Assembly: GCA_965248535.1 (NCBI GenBank)
Contig: CBDFJR010000002.1
Span: forward strand, 1,824,001 to 1,888,000
Direction of reading: 5' to 3'
Origin: Phormidesmis sp.
Lineage (GTDB): Bacteria > Cyanobacteriota > Cyanobacteriia > Leptolyngbyales > Leptolyngbyaceae
Length of the DNA: 64,000 nt
Shown here piece by piece: positions 10,541 to 19,533 of the stretch. Positions within the stretch are counted from its first letter, which is position 1; every line of letters begins with the position of its first letter. The position numbers were made by a program, and so were the translations under genes. The notes below the pieces were generated by a model. The model was not told the origin of the DNA. It did no database searches and saw only the letters and a program-made list of their open reading frames with translations.

Positions 10541-10736
10541 GTCGGCAGCAGCCCCTAAAGATACGAGGGTGACGATGCAGACCCAAACAAATTCCTAAAC
10601 CCTTTCTAGTCAAAGGCTGCTGCCAATAGGTGAGCGAATTGTTAGCTGGCAAGTGGGCATAGGGAATACTGTAAAGAAGTACTTCATATAAGCATGAGTA
10701 CTGGATTTACACAGTAAATCCATTGGCAATACAGTT

Positions 10737-11111
10737 ATGACAATTTATGAACGCGCCGCACAGATTTGGGCAGTTCTAGCTTTGGCTGCTCGAAACCGCC
10801 AGATTTTGACCTACGACATTGTTGGGAAATTAATTGGAGTTCCCCGACAGGCGTTAGGGCGGATGCTGGAACCAATTCAGTCTTATTGTTTGGTAAATCA
10901 TCTTCCACCGCTTTCAATTCTTGTGATCAGCGAACAAACAGGGATTCCCGGAACAGGTTTCATTGCGGCTCAAGATATTCCTCGAACTCAGGTTGAAGTG
11001 TTTGGATTCGACTGGTTGGCGCACACAGCACCTTCACCCGAAATTTTAGAGCAAGCTGCCAAACAGCTACCGTCTAATGGCGTTTCAATAGCACTGACTT
11101 CAAAGCCATAA
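10737..11111 (+). CDS. Hypothetical protein, possibly cassette-borne
   Basis: 124-aa ORF with LTY..VGKLIG...IQSYC..NHLPPLSILV...GIPGTGF pattern; lies in a HIP1-free segment. Confidence 0.75.
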   Translation: MTIYERAAQIWAVLALAARNRQILTYDIVGKLIGVPRQALGRMLEPIQSYCLVNHLPPLSILVISEQTGIPGTGFIAAQDIPRTQVEVFGFDWLAHTAPSPEILEQAAKQLPSNGVSIALTSKP

Positions 11112-11153
11112 TTGGCGATAACATAGAAATGCTGTCGAGATGTGAAACGTCGT

Positions 11154-11375
11154 ATGACTACTCGGCTAGAAGTTGAATCAGCGATCAAGCAATTGCCAGA
11201 GAGTGAAGTTCGCGATCTGGCAAAGTGGCTTCAAGACTATCTCGACGAGACGTGGGATCGACAAATTGAAGCAGATTTGGCATCAGGAAAATTAGATCGC
11301 CTCATTGCTCAGGCAGAAAAAGATATTGCAGCAAACAACGTAAGGGATCTCGATGAAATCCTTTGCGACGGCTGA
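11154..11375 (+). CDS. Putative antitoxin
   Basis: Small acidic ORF (WDRQIEADLASGKLDRL) overlapping the downstream toxin-like gene. Confidence 0.7.
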   Translation: MTTRLEVESAIKQLPESEVRDLAKWLQDYLDETWDRQIEADLASGKLDRLIAQAEKDIAANNVRDLDEILCDG

Positions 11376-11610
11376 TTTTTGGAAAGCGTATGGTGAATTG
11401 TCACCTGAGATGCAAAAGCAAGCGCGAAAAACTTATCAGCTTTGGCAGGAAAACTCACTTCATCCATCTTTGCATTTCAAGAAGGTCGGTAAAAACCTTT
11501 GGTCTGCCCGTGTTAGTGGTGGGTTTCGAGCATTAGCCTTGAAAAAGGGCGACGATTACTATTGGATTTGGATCGGTGATCATGATGAATACGAGAGTTT
11601 GTTGAAGTAG
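11353..11610 (+). CDS. ParE/RelE-like toxin
   Basis: FWKAYGEL...HPSLHFKKV...WSARVSGGFRAL...WIWIGDHDEY; about 85 aa. Confidence 0.8.
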   Translation: MKSFATADFWKAYGELSPEMQKQARKTYQLWQENSLHPSLHFKKVGKNLWSARVSGGFRALALKKGDDYYWIWIGDHDEYESLLK

Positions 11611-11626
11611 CTCGTTATGACAAGCC

Positions 11627-11711
11627 ATTTAATAACCCAGTGGAGCGGACGGTACAGAGTCTTCGCGCTACGTTCTGAACCTCTCGCCGCCGCTCACTTT
11701 AGCCGTTAGAA
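11627..11711 (+). other. attC-like integron cassette recombination site (degenerate R'')
   Basis: Left arm AGTG-G-AGCGG-A-CGG (11639-11652) pairs with CCGCCGCTCACT (11687-11698), leaving two extrahelical bases; ends in GTTAGAA at 11705; lies just after the toxin stop. Confidence 0.75.
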
Positions 11712-13292
11712 CGGAATCGCCGCTCCGTCTTCAGGAATGTGACCCAACTCAAGTCGATAGGTGCCGCTAAAGCCCGTTCCAACGATCTTAAACTCCCAGC
11801 CATCGTCCACTTTTTGCATCGGCGTTGCATTCTTAAGCGGATCATCTCCATCGGCAAACTCTTCGCCCGTATAGAGATAAAGCTGAAGCGTTGGCTTTAA
11901 GATCGCCCGCACATAATACTGTTTGGCAAACACAATATTATCCGAGAAGCCCACCCCAAACAAATCGCGTTCACCCACATAAAACTCTAGTCGCATCACC
12001 AGATCAGTTTGGGTCATGCTAGCAGCGCTGTTGAGAAATCCTTCCCAGATGAGGGCACGATCGTCTGCCCACCCAAAAGCCACCTGACTGTCGCTAAAAT
12101 CTCCTGTGCGAAACGGGCCATAGCAGTTTTCGGCTTCTTTGCTTTGGTGAAACAACTCGAAATCTACGCCCCGTGGTTTAATCGACAGGCCGAAAAAGAA
12201 CTCGCTTTTGCCAAATAGATCAAACCCGCGCTCAACCTTGGCCCGCACTTGCCGCAGTCGCACCCGCACGTCGCCAAAAAAGAACCGCGTTGCCACTTCA
12301 AACGACTCACGAGCGCTAGTTAAGGAATCAAACCCGCCATGAGGCTTGTGTACAAACGTCCGAGGTGCTCCCGGAATCTGAGCAAACTCTTGCTTGACCA
12401 GTCCATCGCTGCGGTTATAGTTTGTGCCAAACTCGCCAGCCACCGAAAACAGACGATTGAGGGCAGAGGCGGCGACATTGTTATAGGCTTTGTAGTTAGT
12501 GCCTACGACGGTGAGCAAGCGATCGAGGGGAAAGCATTTCGTGAAATTTTGATAACCCGCGCTGTTAGCAGGATCAGCCTGATTTTCGGGGTTGAAGTGC
12601 GCTAGCTCGTCGGCTGACTCAATGCCCAGCCAGCGCAGATCGTGAAGCACCTGAAACGAGATGCCCTTGTGGGGGGTGCCCAAGGTGACGACTTTGTTGA
12701 TGGCTTCATCGGCCGCCGTGACGCTCTGTTGGGGATAGGTGCGCTGAATGGCTTCTCTAACAATCAGCCCGCCCATCGAGTGAGCAATGATATTCACCTT
12801 GGGCTTGATGCCGTGTTTGACCTCTGCCAAGGCTCGAATAAACTCGATCAGCCGCGTTAGGGCTTCACCATATTTTGCAAACTCGCGATCGCACAGATCA
12901 TAATAGCGAAACACCCATAGGCTATGGCATGGGTCGTCATCTGCCTGCAACAACCGCAGGGCCATCGCAGGATCGATAATAATTTTTCCTTGAAAGAAGC
13001 TTGGATCAAACTTTTCTAGCGCCGCCGGAATGATCGGAGGGGCCGTTAGAGTGTTCGCATAGTAGCCAATGACATTTGTGGTGTCTTGATATCTCCAGTG
13101 CGACTTCATAAACCGCAGAATCAGCCCCTCATAGATATAGTTTTCGCCCCGTTTTTGAGGATAGACGCTGCCATCGTTGAACCCTTGATAGGTCATCTTG
13201 CGTTCATCGATCGTGTCGGTGCCTCCAAACCCGCGCACCAAAACGACGGGCAGAGGGCGACGAGTCGGAGCAGACCACCCAGAATTTGACAT
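11706..13292 (-). CDS. Alpha/beta-hydrolase (PGAP1/lipase-like) with C-terminal extension
   Basis: KVNIIAHSMGGL nucleophile elbow, VVTLGTPHKG, SDGLV. Confidence 0.75.
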   Translation of the reverse strand: MSNSGWSAPTRRPLPVVLVRGFGGTDTIDERKMTYQGFNDGSVYPQKRGENYIYEGLILRFMKSHWRYQDTTNVIGYYANTLTAPPIIPAALEKFDPSFFQGKIIIDPAMALRLLQADDDPCHSLWVFRYYDLCDREFAKYGEALTRLIEFIRALAEVKHGIKPKVNIIAHSMGGLIVREAIQRTYPQQSVTAADEAINKVVTLGTPHKGISFQVLHDLRWLGIESADELAHFNPENQADPANSAGYQNFTKCFPLDRLLTVVGTNYKAYNNVAASALNRLFSVAGEFGTNYNRSDGLVKQEFAQIPGAPRTFVHKPHGGFDSLTSARESFEVATRFFFGDVRVRLRQVRAKVERGFDLFGKSEFFFGLSIKPRGVDFELFHQSKEAENCYGPFRTGDFSDSQVAFGWADDRALIWEGFLNSAASMTQTDLVMRLEFYVGERDLFGVGFSDNIVFAKQYYVRAILKPTLQLYLYTGEEFADGDDPLKNATPMQKVDDGWEFKIVGTGFSGTYRLELGHIPEDGAAIPF

Positions 13293-13451
13293 ATGCTTAA
13301 CCTCTCACAAGACCATTTAAGTCGAACAATATTCAGTCAGTTCGGCAAACCTAGCTACACGGTCAAGGCAGCGTTTACGGAACTAAAGCTGTTTTATCAT
13401 TTCCTCGGTCTGGCGATCGTGAGCAATAACAGGTTTTAGCAGACCCGATCG

Positions 13452-14696
13452 CTAAACCGGATAGATGCGATCGAGGCGAATCAGCGTCTGCAACAGCATA
13501 TTCACCCCTTGAGCGCAGTCTTCGGGCGAGGTGTATTCGTCTTCGGCGTGACTGATGCCCGCCTGACTAGGGACAAAAATCATCCCCATGTCGGTGATCA
13601 ACCCCATTTCTTGAGCATCGTGACTGGCGCGGCTGGGCAGGTGGCAATAACTTAATCCCAAGTCTTTGCAGATTTGCTCGATCGCCGTCTGAATTTGAGC
13701 CGTCGCCAACACCGCTTCGGTTTGCAGAATAGGCGTGATCGTGATTTCGGTTTGGCTAGATTTAGCGATCGCTTGTAGCTGCTGCTGAAGCTGTTCTGAC
13801 AGCAAGATCAAATGCTCTTGATCAACATCGCGCATATCGATCGTCAGTTCAACTTGCCCCGGCACAATGTTGGCCGCGTTAGGAGCCACGTTTAGCGCGC
13901 CCACGGTGGCCACGGGCGAACCCGTCGCATTTTTGGCGAGATTGTTGACGGCCAATACAATCTGAGAGGCCGTCACTAACGCATCTTTTCTTAAGTGCAT
14001 CGGCGTAGTGCCCGCGTGATTCGATCGCCCAATCACCGTCACGATATAGCGGTGTTGCCCGACGATTCCTTCGACGACTCCGATCTGTTTCTCATAGTGT
14101 TCTAAAACGCCGCCCTGCTCAACGTGTAGCTCTACAAATGCCGCCATATCTGCTGGGTTGCGTTTAGCCGTGGCAAGCTTTGCCCAATCGCCACCCACGC
14201 GCTGAAGACAGGTCTCGATCGCGGTGCCATCATCTCGCCGATAATACTCAGGATCGCTCAGGGCAGTGCCAGAGATGGCTTTTGCGCCAATCATGCCGCC
14301 TTCTTCGTCGGTGAAGACGATCACTTCGACGGGATGGTTGAGTTGCAGGGAGCGATCGCGCAATACTCTCACCACTTCAATGCCCGCTAACACTCCCAGC
14401 GCCCCGTCATAGCGTCCGCCCGTCGGAACGGTGTCAATGTGAGATCCGGTGACTAGGGCAGGGGCCCCCGGTTTTTTTCCGGCGTAGGTGCCAATAATGT
14501 TGGCTGCCGCATCAATGTGGACACTCATTCCGGCTTCTCGCATCCATCGCTGCACCAGTTGCCGCGCCTGAATCACTTCTGGACTATAGGCAATGCGGCA
14601 CACGCCCCCATTGGGCAGCTTGCCGATCGTGGCAAGTTCAGCAATGTTGCGATTGAGACGATCTTGATCCACAAAGGGTGTGGTAATCACAGTCAT
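13452..14696 (-). CDS. Zn-dependent amidohydrolase (allantoate amidohydrolase / N-carbamoylase, M20 family)
   Basis: GSHIDTVPTGGRYDG, FTDEEG, ELHVEQG, NHAGTTPM, SHDAQ. Confidence 0.88.
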   Translation of the reverse strand: MTVITTPFVDQDRLNRNIAELATIGKLPNGGVCRIAYSPEVIQARQLVQRWMREAGMSVHIDAAANIIGTYAGKKPGAPALVTGSHIDTVPTGGRYDGALGVLAGIEVVRVLRDRSLQLNHPVEVIVFTDEEGGMIGAKAISGTALSDPEYYRRDDGTAIETCLQRVGGDWAKLATAKRNPADMAAFVELHVEQGGVLEHYEKQIGVVEGIVGQHRYIVTVIGRSNHAGTTPMHLRKDALVTASQIVLAVNNLAKNATGSPVATVGALNVAPNAANIVPGQVELTIDMRDVDQEHLILLSEQLQQQLQAIAKSSQTEITITPILQTEAVLATAQIQTAIEQICKDLGLSYCHLPSRASHDAQEMGLITDMGMIFVPSQAGISHAEDEYTSPEDCAQGVNMLLQTLIRLDRIYPV

Positions 14697-14843
14697 AATG
14701 ATTCACGGGTTAGACAACGAATGAAAAATGAACGATCGGGCCAGCGTTGACCGATCGCTATAGAGAATTTGATATAAACACTGTGGCTAATGCCTAGAGT
14801 ATTTTTAAGAGACGCGGGCAGCCGCCGCAGAATTGGCTACGGG

Positions 14844-14864
14844 AATTGTATACTGTATACGATT
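14844..14864. promoter_or_regulatory. Palindromic GntR/FadR-like operator
   Basis: AATTGTATAC-T-GTATACGATT between divergent genes; related TGTATACA at 16306-16313, upstream of puuE. Confidence 0.6.
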
Positions 14865-14943
14865 TCAAGCAAATCTCTAATGTGCTTCCCTATACTTTTT
14901 GCAAGAAGTCGCTCTCGTGTTCCTGTCTTAAAACGGTGATGTT

Positions 14944-15342
14944 ATGACTGAAACAAGTCTCGAAGCAAAACGTGTATTCATCTGTGGGTCGGCGCTCAAA
15001 GGGCAACCCGATCACAGCAATCTTCAATCTGCTCAGTTTATCCGATCGGCTAAAACTCGCCCTTTTTATCGTCTTCATTCAGCCGCCGACGGTTGGCATC
15101 CGGCGATTTATCAAGTTGAGGAAAATGGGGTGAGCATTCCCGGTGAGGTCTATGAACTAACGCGAGACCAGTATGATTATTTGGTGTCAACCGAGCCGCC
15201 CCATATGTATCCCAGCGATGTGATTTTAGACGATGGAGAAGTGTTAACCGCCATGCTCTATCCGCAGGAGTTGGTCGAGAAATTTGGCTGGTTAGATATC
15301 TCTGATCTGGGCGGCTGGGCGGCTTATAAATCAGCCCTTTAA
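14944..15342 (+). CDS. Gamma-glutamylcyclotransferase-like protein (allophanate hydrolase C-terminal-domain-like)
   Basis: FICGSALKGQPDH...T.P.YRL...GVSIPGEVYEL...DIS..GGWAAY. Confidence 0.75.
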   Translation: MTETSLEAKRVFICGSALKGQPDHSNLQSAQFIRSAKTRPFYRLHSAADGWHPAIYQVEENGVSIPGEVYELTRDQYDYLVSTEPPHMYPSDVILDDGEVLTAMLYPQELVEKFGWLDISDLGGWAAYKSAL

Positions 15343-16263
15343 GGCATTCTCAATCAGATTTGGCTGGTGATATTGATGCCAGTGTTTAGCGATATCAATG
15401 CGACGACAGAGCCATACGCGATCGTGTTGCTGCACATAATCGAGAAAGCGTGATAAAGCGGCGGCTCTTCCGGGTCGCCCGACCAATCGGCAGTGCAATC
15501 CTACACTCATCATTTTGGGTGCTGTTTCGCCTTCTGCATAGAGCACATCAAAGGCATCTCTCAAATAGGCAAAAAACTGATCGCCAGAGTTAAATCCTTG
15601 ATTGGTCGCAAATCTCATATCGTTATTATCTAGCGTGTAGGGAATGACAAGATGGGGTTTGCCATAGTCGTGAACCCAATAGGGTAAGTCATCTGAATAG
15701 CTATCAGAATCGTAGAGGAACCCGCCTTCTTCGACGACTAATTTGCGACTTGCGGGGCTAGTGCGCCCGATATAGCAGCCCAACGGACGATCGCCCGTGA
15801 CTCGCGTGTGCACCTCGATCGCTTGGCGCAAATGCGATCGCTCTGCCTCTTCTCCAAAATATTTATAGTCGATCCAGCGATAGCCATGACTGGCGATTTC
15901 CCAGGTTGCTTCTAGCATGGCGGCTACCGCGTCAGGGTGGCGCTCTAACGCCATTGCCACGCCATAGACGGTGACCGGAATGCCCCGCTGAGTAAATAAT
16001 CGATGCAAGCGCCAAAAGCCCGATCGACTGCCATATTCATAGCAAGATTCCATATTCATGTGGCGCAACCCGTTAAGCGGCACGGCTCCCACAATTTCTG
16101 AGAGAAACGTCTCAGACGATTGATCGCCATGCAAAATACAGGTTTCGCCCCCCTCTTCATAGTTGATCACAAACTGCACCGCCACCCGTGCCTGATTAGG
16201 CCAGTTGGGGTTAGGAGGGGTGCGCCCATAGCCGATCAGATCTCGTGGATAATTTGCTGACAT
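15331..16263 (-). CDS. puuE: Allantoinase PuuE (polysaccharide deacetylase fold)
   Basis: YPRDLIGYG, INYEEGGE, YEYGSRSGFWRL, PYTLDNNDMRF, GLHCRLVGRPGR. Confidence 0.93.
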   Translation of the reverse strand: MSANYPRDLIGYGRTPPNPNWPNQARVAVQFVINYEEGGETCILHGDQSSETFLSEIVGAVPLNGLRHMNMESCYEYGSRSGFWRLHRLFTQRGIPVTVYGVAMALERHPDAVAAMLEATWEIASHGYRWIDYKYFGEEAERSHLRQAIEVHTRVTGDRPLGCYIGRTSPASRKLVVEEGGFLYDSDSYSDDLPYWVHDYGKPHLVIPYTLDNNDMRFATNQGFNSGDQFFAYLRDAFDVLYAEGETAPKMMSVGLHCRLVGRPGRAAALSRFLDYVQQHDRVWLCRRIDIAKHWHQYHQPNLIENALKG

Positions 16264-16279
16264 GAGTCGCCGTGGTGAA

Positions 16280-17479
16280 TTAATTGAGGTTTGCCTTAAG
16301 CCCTATGTATACAGCGTGATCGGCTAACTGCTCAGAATTCTCCTGACTTTGATTGCTCAAGTCTTCCAGCCCTTGATCGTCTTCAACGACGTGATCGCCC
16401 GCGATCGGGGTCAACGATCGCAGCCTCACCGCCGGAATTTGATCAGACTCAACAGGCACACAGCGACAGGTTTTAGAGGTTTTGACTAAAAGTTTAGGGT
16501 GCCAGGTTACCTTAAACACGGCTCGCAGCAAGCGACGTAAAATTCTGCGGAGGATCAGCGGCAGTCGTGGGGTGCTAGACAGCGTTGCATAGAGCGCCCC
16601 CAAACGGTAGACCAGTGGGTTGATTAGCTGACGATCGTAGCACTCATCCCACAGGGTCTGGGCCGCAGCCCGATGCCCCTGATAAGACCAATAATCGGTG
16701 TAGAAGAAATATAGCCCGCCCAACATAGCGCGGCGCTCAGACGTGAGCAGCCCTTTTTGATTAAGAGTTTCGATCAACACCTTAAAGAAATGAGAATGGG
16801 AGTTGAGCCGAGACGTTAAAAACTCGCTTTCGCTCAAGCGATCGTCGTGCAACACTCGCCAAAAACAATCTGGATAATCAAAACGCCGATAGTTTAAACC
16901 CTGAGCCACGGCTCGAAAGTGTAGCTCAGTGTCTTGCAACACTCGCAGCCCTTCGTCCCACAGCCCTAGCTTGATCACGGCATCTCGTCGCCAGATCGGA
17001 CACATGGTTTGCCAGGGGGCATCAAAATCAAGAAAGCGATCGAGGTCGTTGACATCGCTTTCAACATTGAGCAACACCTTCATATCATGGGTCTGCTGCC
17101 TAAAGAGAATGCAGGGAAACACCCCAAAATCCAGGTCGGGATGGGCCTCCATGCAGTCAAAGCGCTTCTCTAAAGCCGTGGCTGCCAGATAATCATCAGA
17201 ATCGAGATAAATAATATAGGTGCCTTGGGAAAGCTCAGTTCCCAAGTTGCGGCAGACAGGGGCACCCGATTTTCCTTCTGTGCGACGGATATAGTGAATG
17301 CGAGGATCACGCTGACTGATTTGCGACATCAGATCGCTGGTATCGTCGGTTGAGCCGTCATCGACGACCCAAGCATCCCAGTCACTAAAGGTTTGACCCT
17401 GAAGAGAACTCAACGTGGACTGGAGAAACCCGCTTCGATTGAGCGTAGGAATAACAACAGAAATTGCAGGCGAAGGCAT
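16280..17479 (-). CDS. Glycosyltransferase family 2
   Basis: ISVVIPTLNR, VVDDGSTD, YLDSDD. Confidence 0.88.
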   Translation of the reverse strand: MPSPAISVVIPTLNRSGFLQSTLSSLQGQTFSDWDAWVVDDGSTDDTSDLMSQISQRDPRIHYIRRTEGKSGAPVCRNLGTELSQGTYIIYLDSDDYLAATALEKRFDCMEAHPDLDFGVFPCILFRQQTHDMKVLLNVESDVNDLDRFLDFDAPWQTMCPIWRRDAVIKLGLWDEGLRVLQDTELHFRAVAQGLNYRRFDYPDCFWRVLHDDRLSESEFLTSRLNSHSHFFKVLIETLNQKGLLTSERRAMLGGLYFFYTDYWSYQGHRAAAQTLWDECYDRQLINPLVYRLGALYATLSSTPRLPLILRRILRRLLRAVFKVTWHPKLLVKTSKTCRCVPVESDQIPAVRLRSLTPIAGDHVVEDDQGLEDLSNQSQENSEQLADHAVYIGLKANLN

Positions 17480-17987
17480 GGAACTCTCGTTTGCTAAACA
17501 GTATCGAAGGGTCTAAGTTGGCGTAGGTAAAGGCTAGACCACCCAGACCAAGGCTAGAGACAGCCACCTAAAATTTATTCAATCTCTCATCTACATTTTG
17601 CGGATCTGCGCCGAGGATTGATCGAGGGACTTGAAGTGAGTCATCAACCTATCATTTGGCGCGACCTCCTGACAACTTTCTGCGTTAACAACCTGCCGCT
17701 GGCTCGATTTGTCAACCGCGATCGCGCTTTATTTTTACCTAAATGGTAAGGGGAGATTCTAAATTGTCCTCTTTAATCTTGGGGTTTACACGGAACCATT
17801 CGTTAAACTTTCCTTAATCATTATTAAAATTAATCGCAACTTTATCAAATCTTCAAACTCACCTCTAAATTCTCTAGAGAGTTTAGTTGTCTAAACTGAC
17901 CATTAACTGAGGAGATGCTGGCAGCGATCGCGATCAGGAATCTAACTTGTTATTCTTGCTGATGATGTCTCAAACGTCAGGGATGCT

Positions 17988-19215
17988 ATGTACGATTTTG
18001 CGATCGTTGGGGGTGGCATTATTGGGTTATCGACCGCGATGGCGTTAGGAAACCGCTATCCAGATGCCAAAATTTTGCTGCTAGAAAAAGAGAGTCAATG
18101 GGCCCATCATCAGACAGGACACAATAGTGGGGTGATTCACTCTGGTATTTACTATCAGCCAGGTAGCTTTAAGGCAAGGTTTTGTCAGGCAGGCAGGCAG
18201 TCGATGGTGCAGTTTTGCCAAACGCATCAAATCGATCATGAGGTGTGCGGCAAAGTCATAGTTGCCACTGAGCCAGAAGAGTTGGGGCTGTTAGAAACTC
18301 TCTATCAACGGGGGCTGCAAAATGGTCTCAAGGTTGAACGACTGACGGCAGAACACGTGCAAGGAATCGAGCCTCATATTCGGTCTTTAGCGGGAGTTCG
18401 AGTTGAGGCAACGGGGATTGTTAGCTATAGACAAGTCTGTCAAAAATATGCCGAGCTTGCGGCGGCTCAAGGTGCCGATTTGCGCCTCAATACGCGAGTT
18501 AAAACCCTGGTTAGAACTAAGGATGGCTATGAGATTGCGACCTCAAACGGCACGTTTAAGACTCGATTTGTGATTAACTGTGCGGGGCTGCACTGCGATC
18601 GCATGGCTCAACTGGCTCACGCAAAGCCCCCTGCCAAAATTATTCCTTTCCGAGGCGAATATTATGAGCTAATTCCAGAAAAGCGCTATCTCGTTAAGCA
18701 TCTGATTTATCCCGTTCCCAATCCCAACTTTCCTTTTTTGGGAGTTCACTTCACGCGCATGATTGACGGCACCGTTCATGCTGGCCCAAACGCGGTATTA
18801 AGCTTTAAGCGAGAAGGTTATCAAAAAACAGATTTTGATCTGCGAGATTTTGCCGAAGTGATGATGTATCCGGGCTTTTGGAAGCTGATGTCAAAGCACG
18901 CTGATCAAGGCATTCAAGAGATGATGCGATCGTGGAGCAAGGCACTATTTGTAAAAAGTCTGCAACGACTGATTCCAGAGGTGCAGGCTGACGATCTGGT
19001 GCCGACTCATGCCGGAGTCAGAGCACAAGCTTTAAGGCCCGATGGCAAGCTCGTCGATGACTTTTTAATGGTGCAAGAGGGCAAGGCGCTGCATGTTTAT
19101 AATGCATGTTTATAATGCGCCCTCTCCAGCAGCGACGGCCTCGATCGAGATTGGTCAAGCGATCGCTCGTCAGGTTGCGATCGTGACTCCTTTAACGAGT
19201 GCGTTTAAGAGTTAG
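17988..19215 (+). pseudogene. lhgO: L-2-hydroxyglutarate oxidase, frameshifted near the C-terminus
   Basis: GGGIIG, HQTGHNSGVIHSG, GVRAQA; a 13-bp tandem duplication GCATGTTTATAAT (19091-19116) puts NAPSPAATAS out of frame; the intact frame would end at 19215. Confidence 0.8.
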
Positions 19216-19254
19216 ACGTGTGAATTCAATCCTGTCAACTCTTTGCAGGGTTTG

Positions 19255-19404
19255 TTAGCTGCGATCGGCTTCGATTAATCTCAGATAACTCATGGTGCTG
19301 CAAAAGAAAAAAGGCACGAAGAACCAATTTGGAGAATTGAAATAGAGCCAGATCATTAAGACAAACCAAAGAATCAGGCAAACAGTTGCGAGGAACGTGT
19401 GCAT
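19255..19404 (-). CDS. Putative small membrane protein (49 aa, below the ORF-track cutoff)
   Basis: MHTFLATVCLILWFVLMIWLYFNSPNWFFVPFFFCSTMSYLRLIEADRS; followed by a hairpin. Confidence 0.45.
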   Translation of the reverse strand: MHTFLATVCLILWFVLMIWLYFNSPNWFFVPFFFCSTMSYLRLIEADRS

Positions 19405-19533
19405 AGACTGGCAAGCCAACTTTCAGGGGTTTGCTCAGTCATTCAGCTTTTTACTCAGAAATCAGTTAAAAAACATTGAAGAAACCGTGAAGCCTAGCAC
19501 CCGTTTCTCGCAGCGATCTGCCGAGCCTAGCTT

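Noticed and set aside
14848..14860. NtcA box in the allantoin cluster
   Set aside because: Spacing is GTA-N7-TAC, not GTA-N8-TAC; it fits a GntR-like palindrome better
19210..19262. Third attC after the 49-aa ORF (AGCTAACAAACCCTGCA on the - strand)
   Set aside because: No matching right arm ending in GTT; only a short terminator-like hairpin
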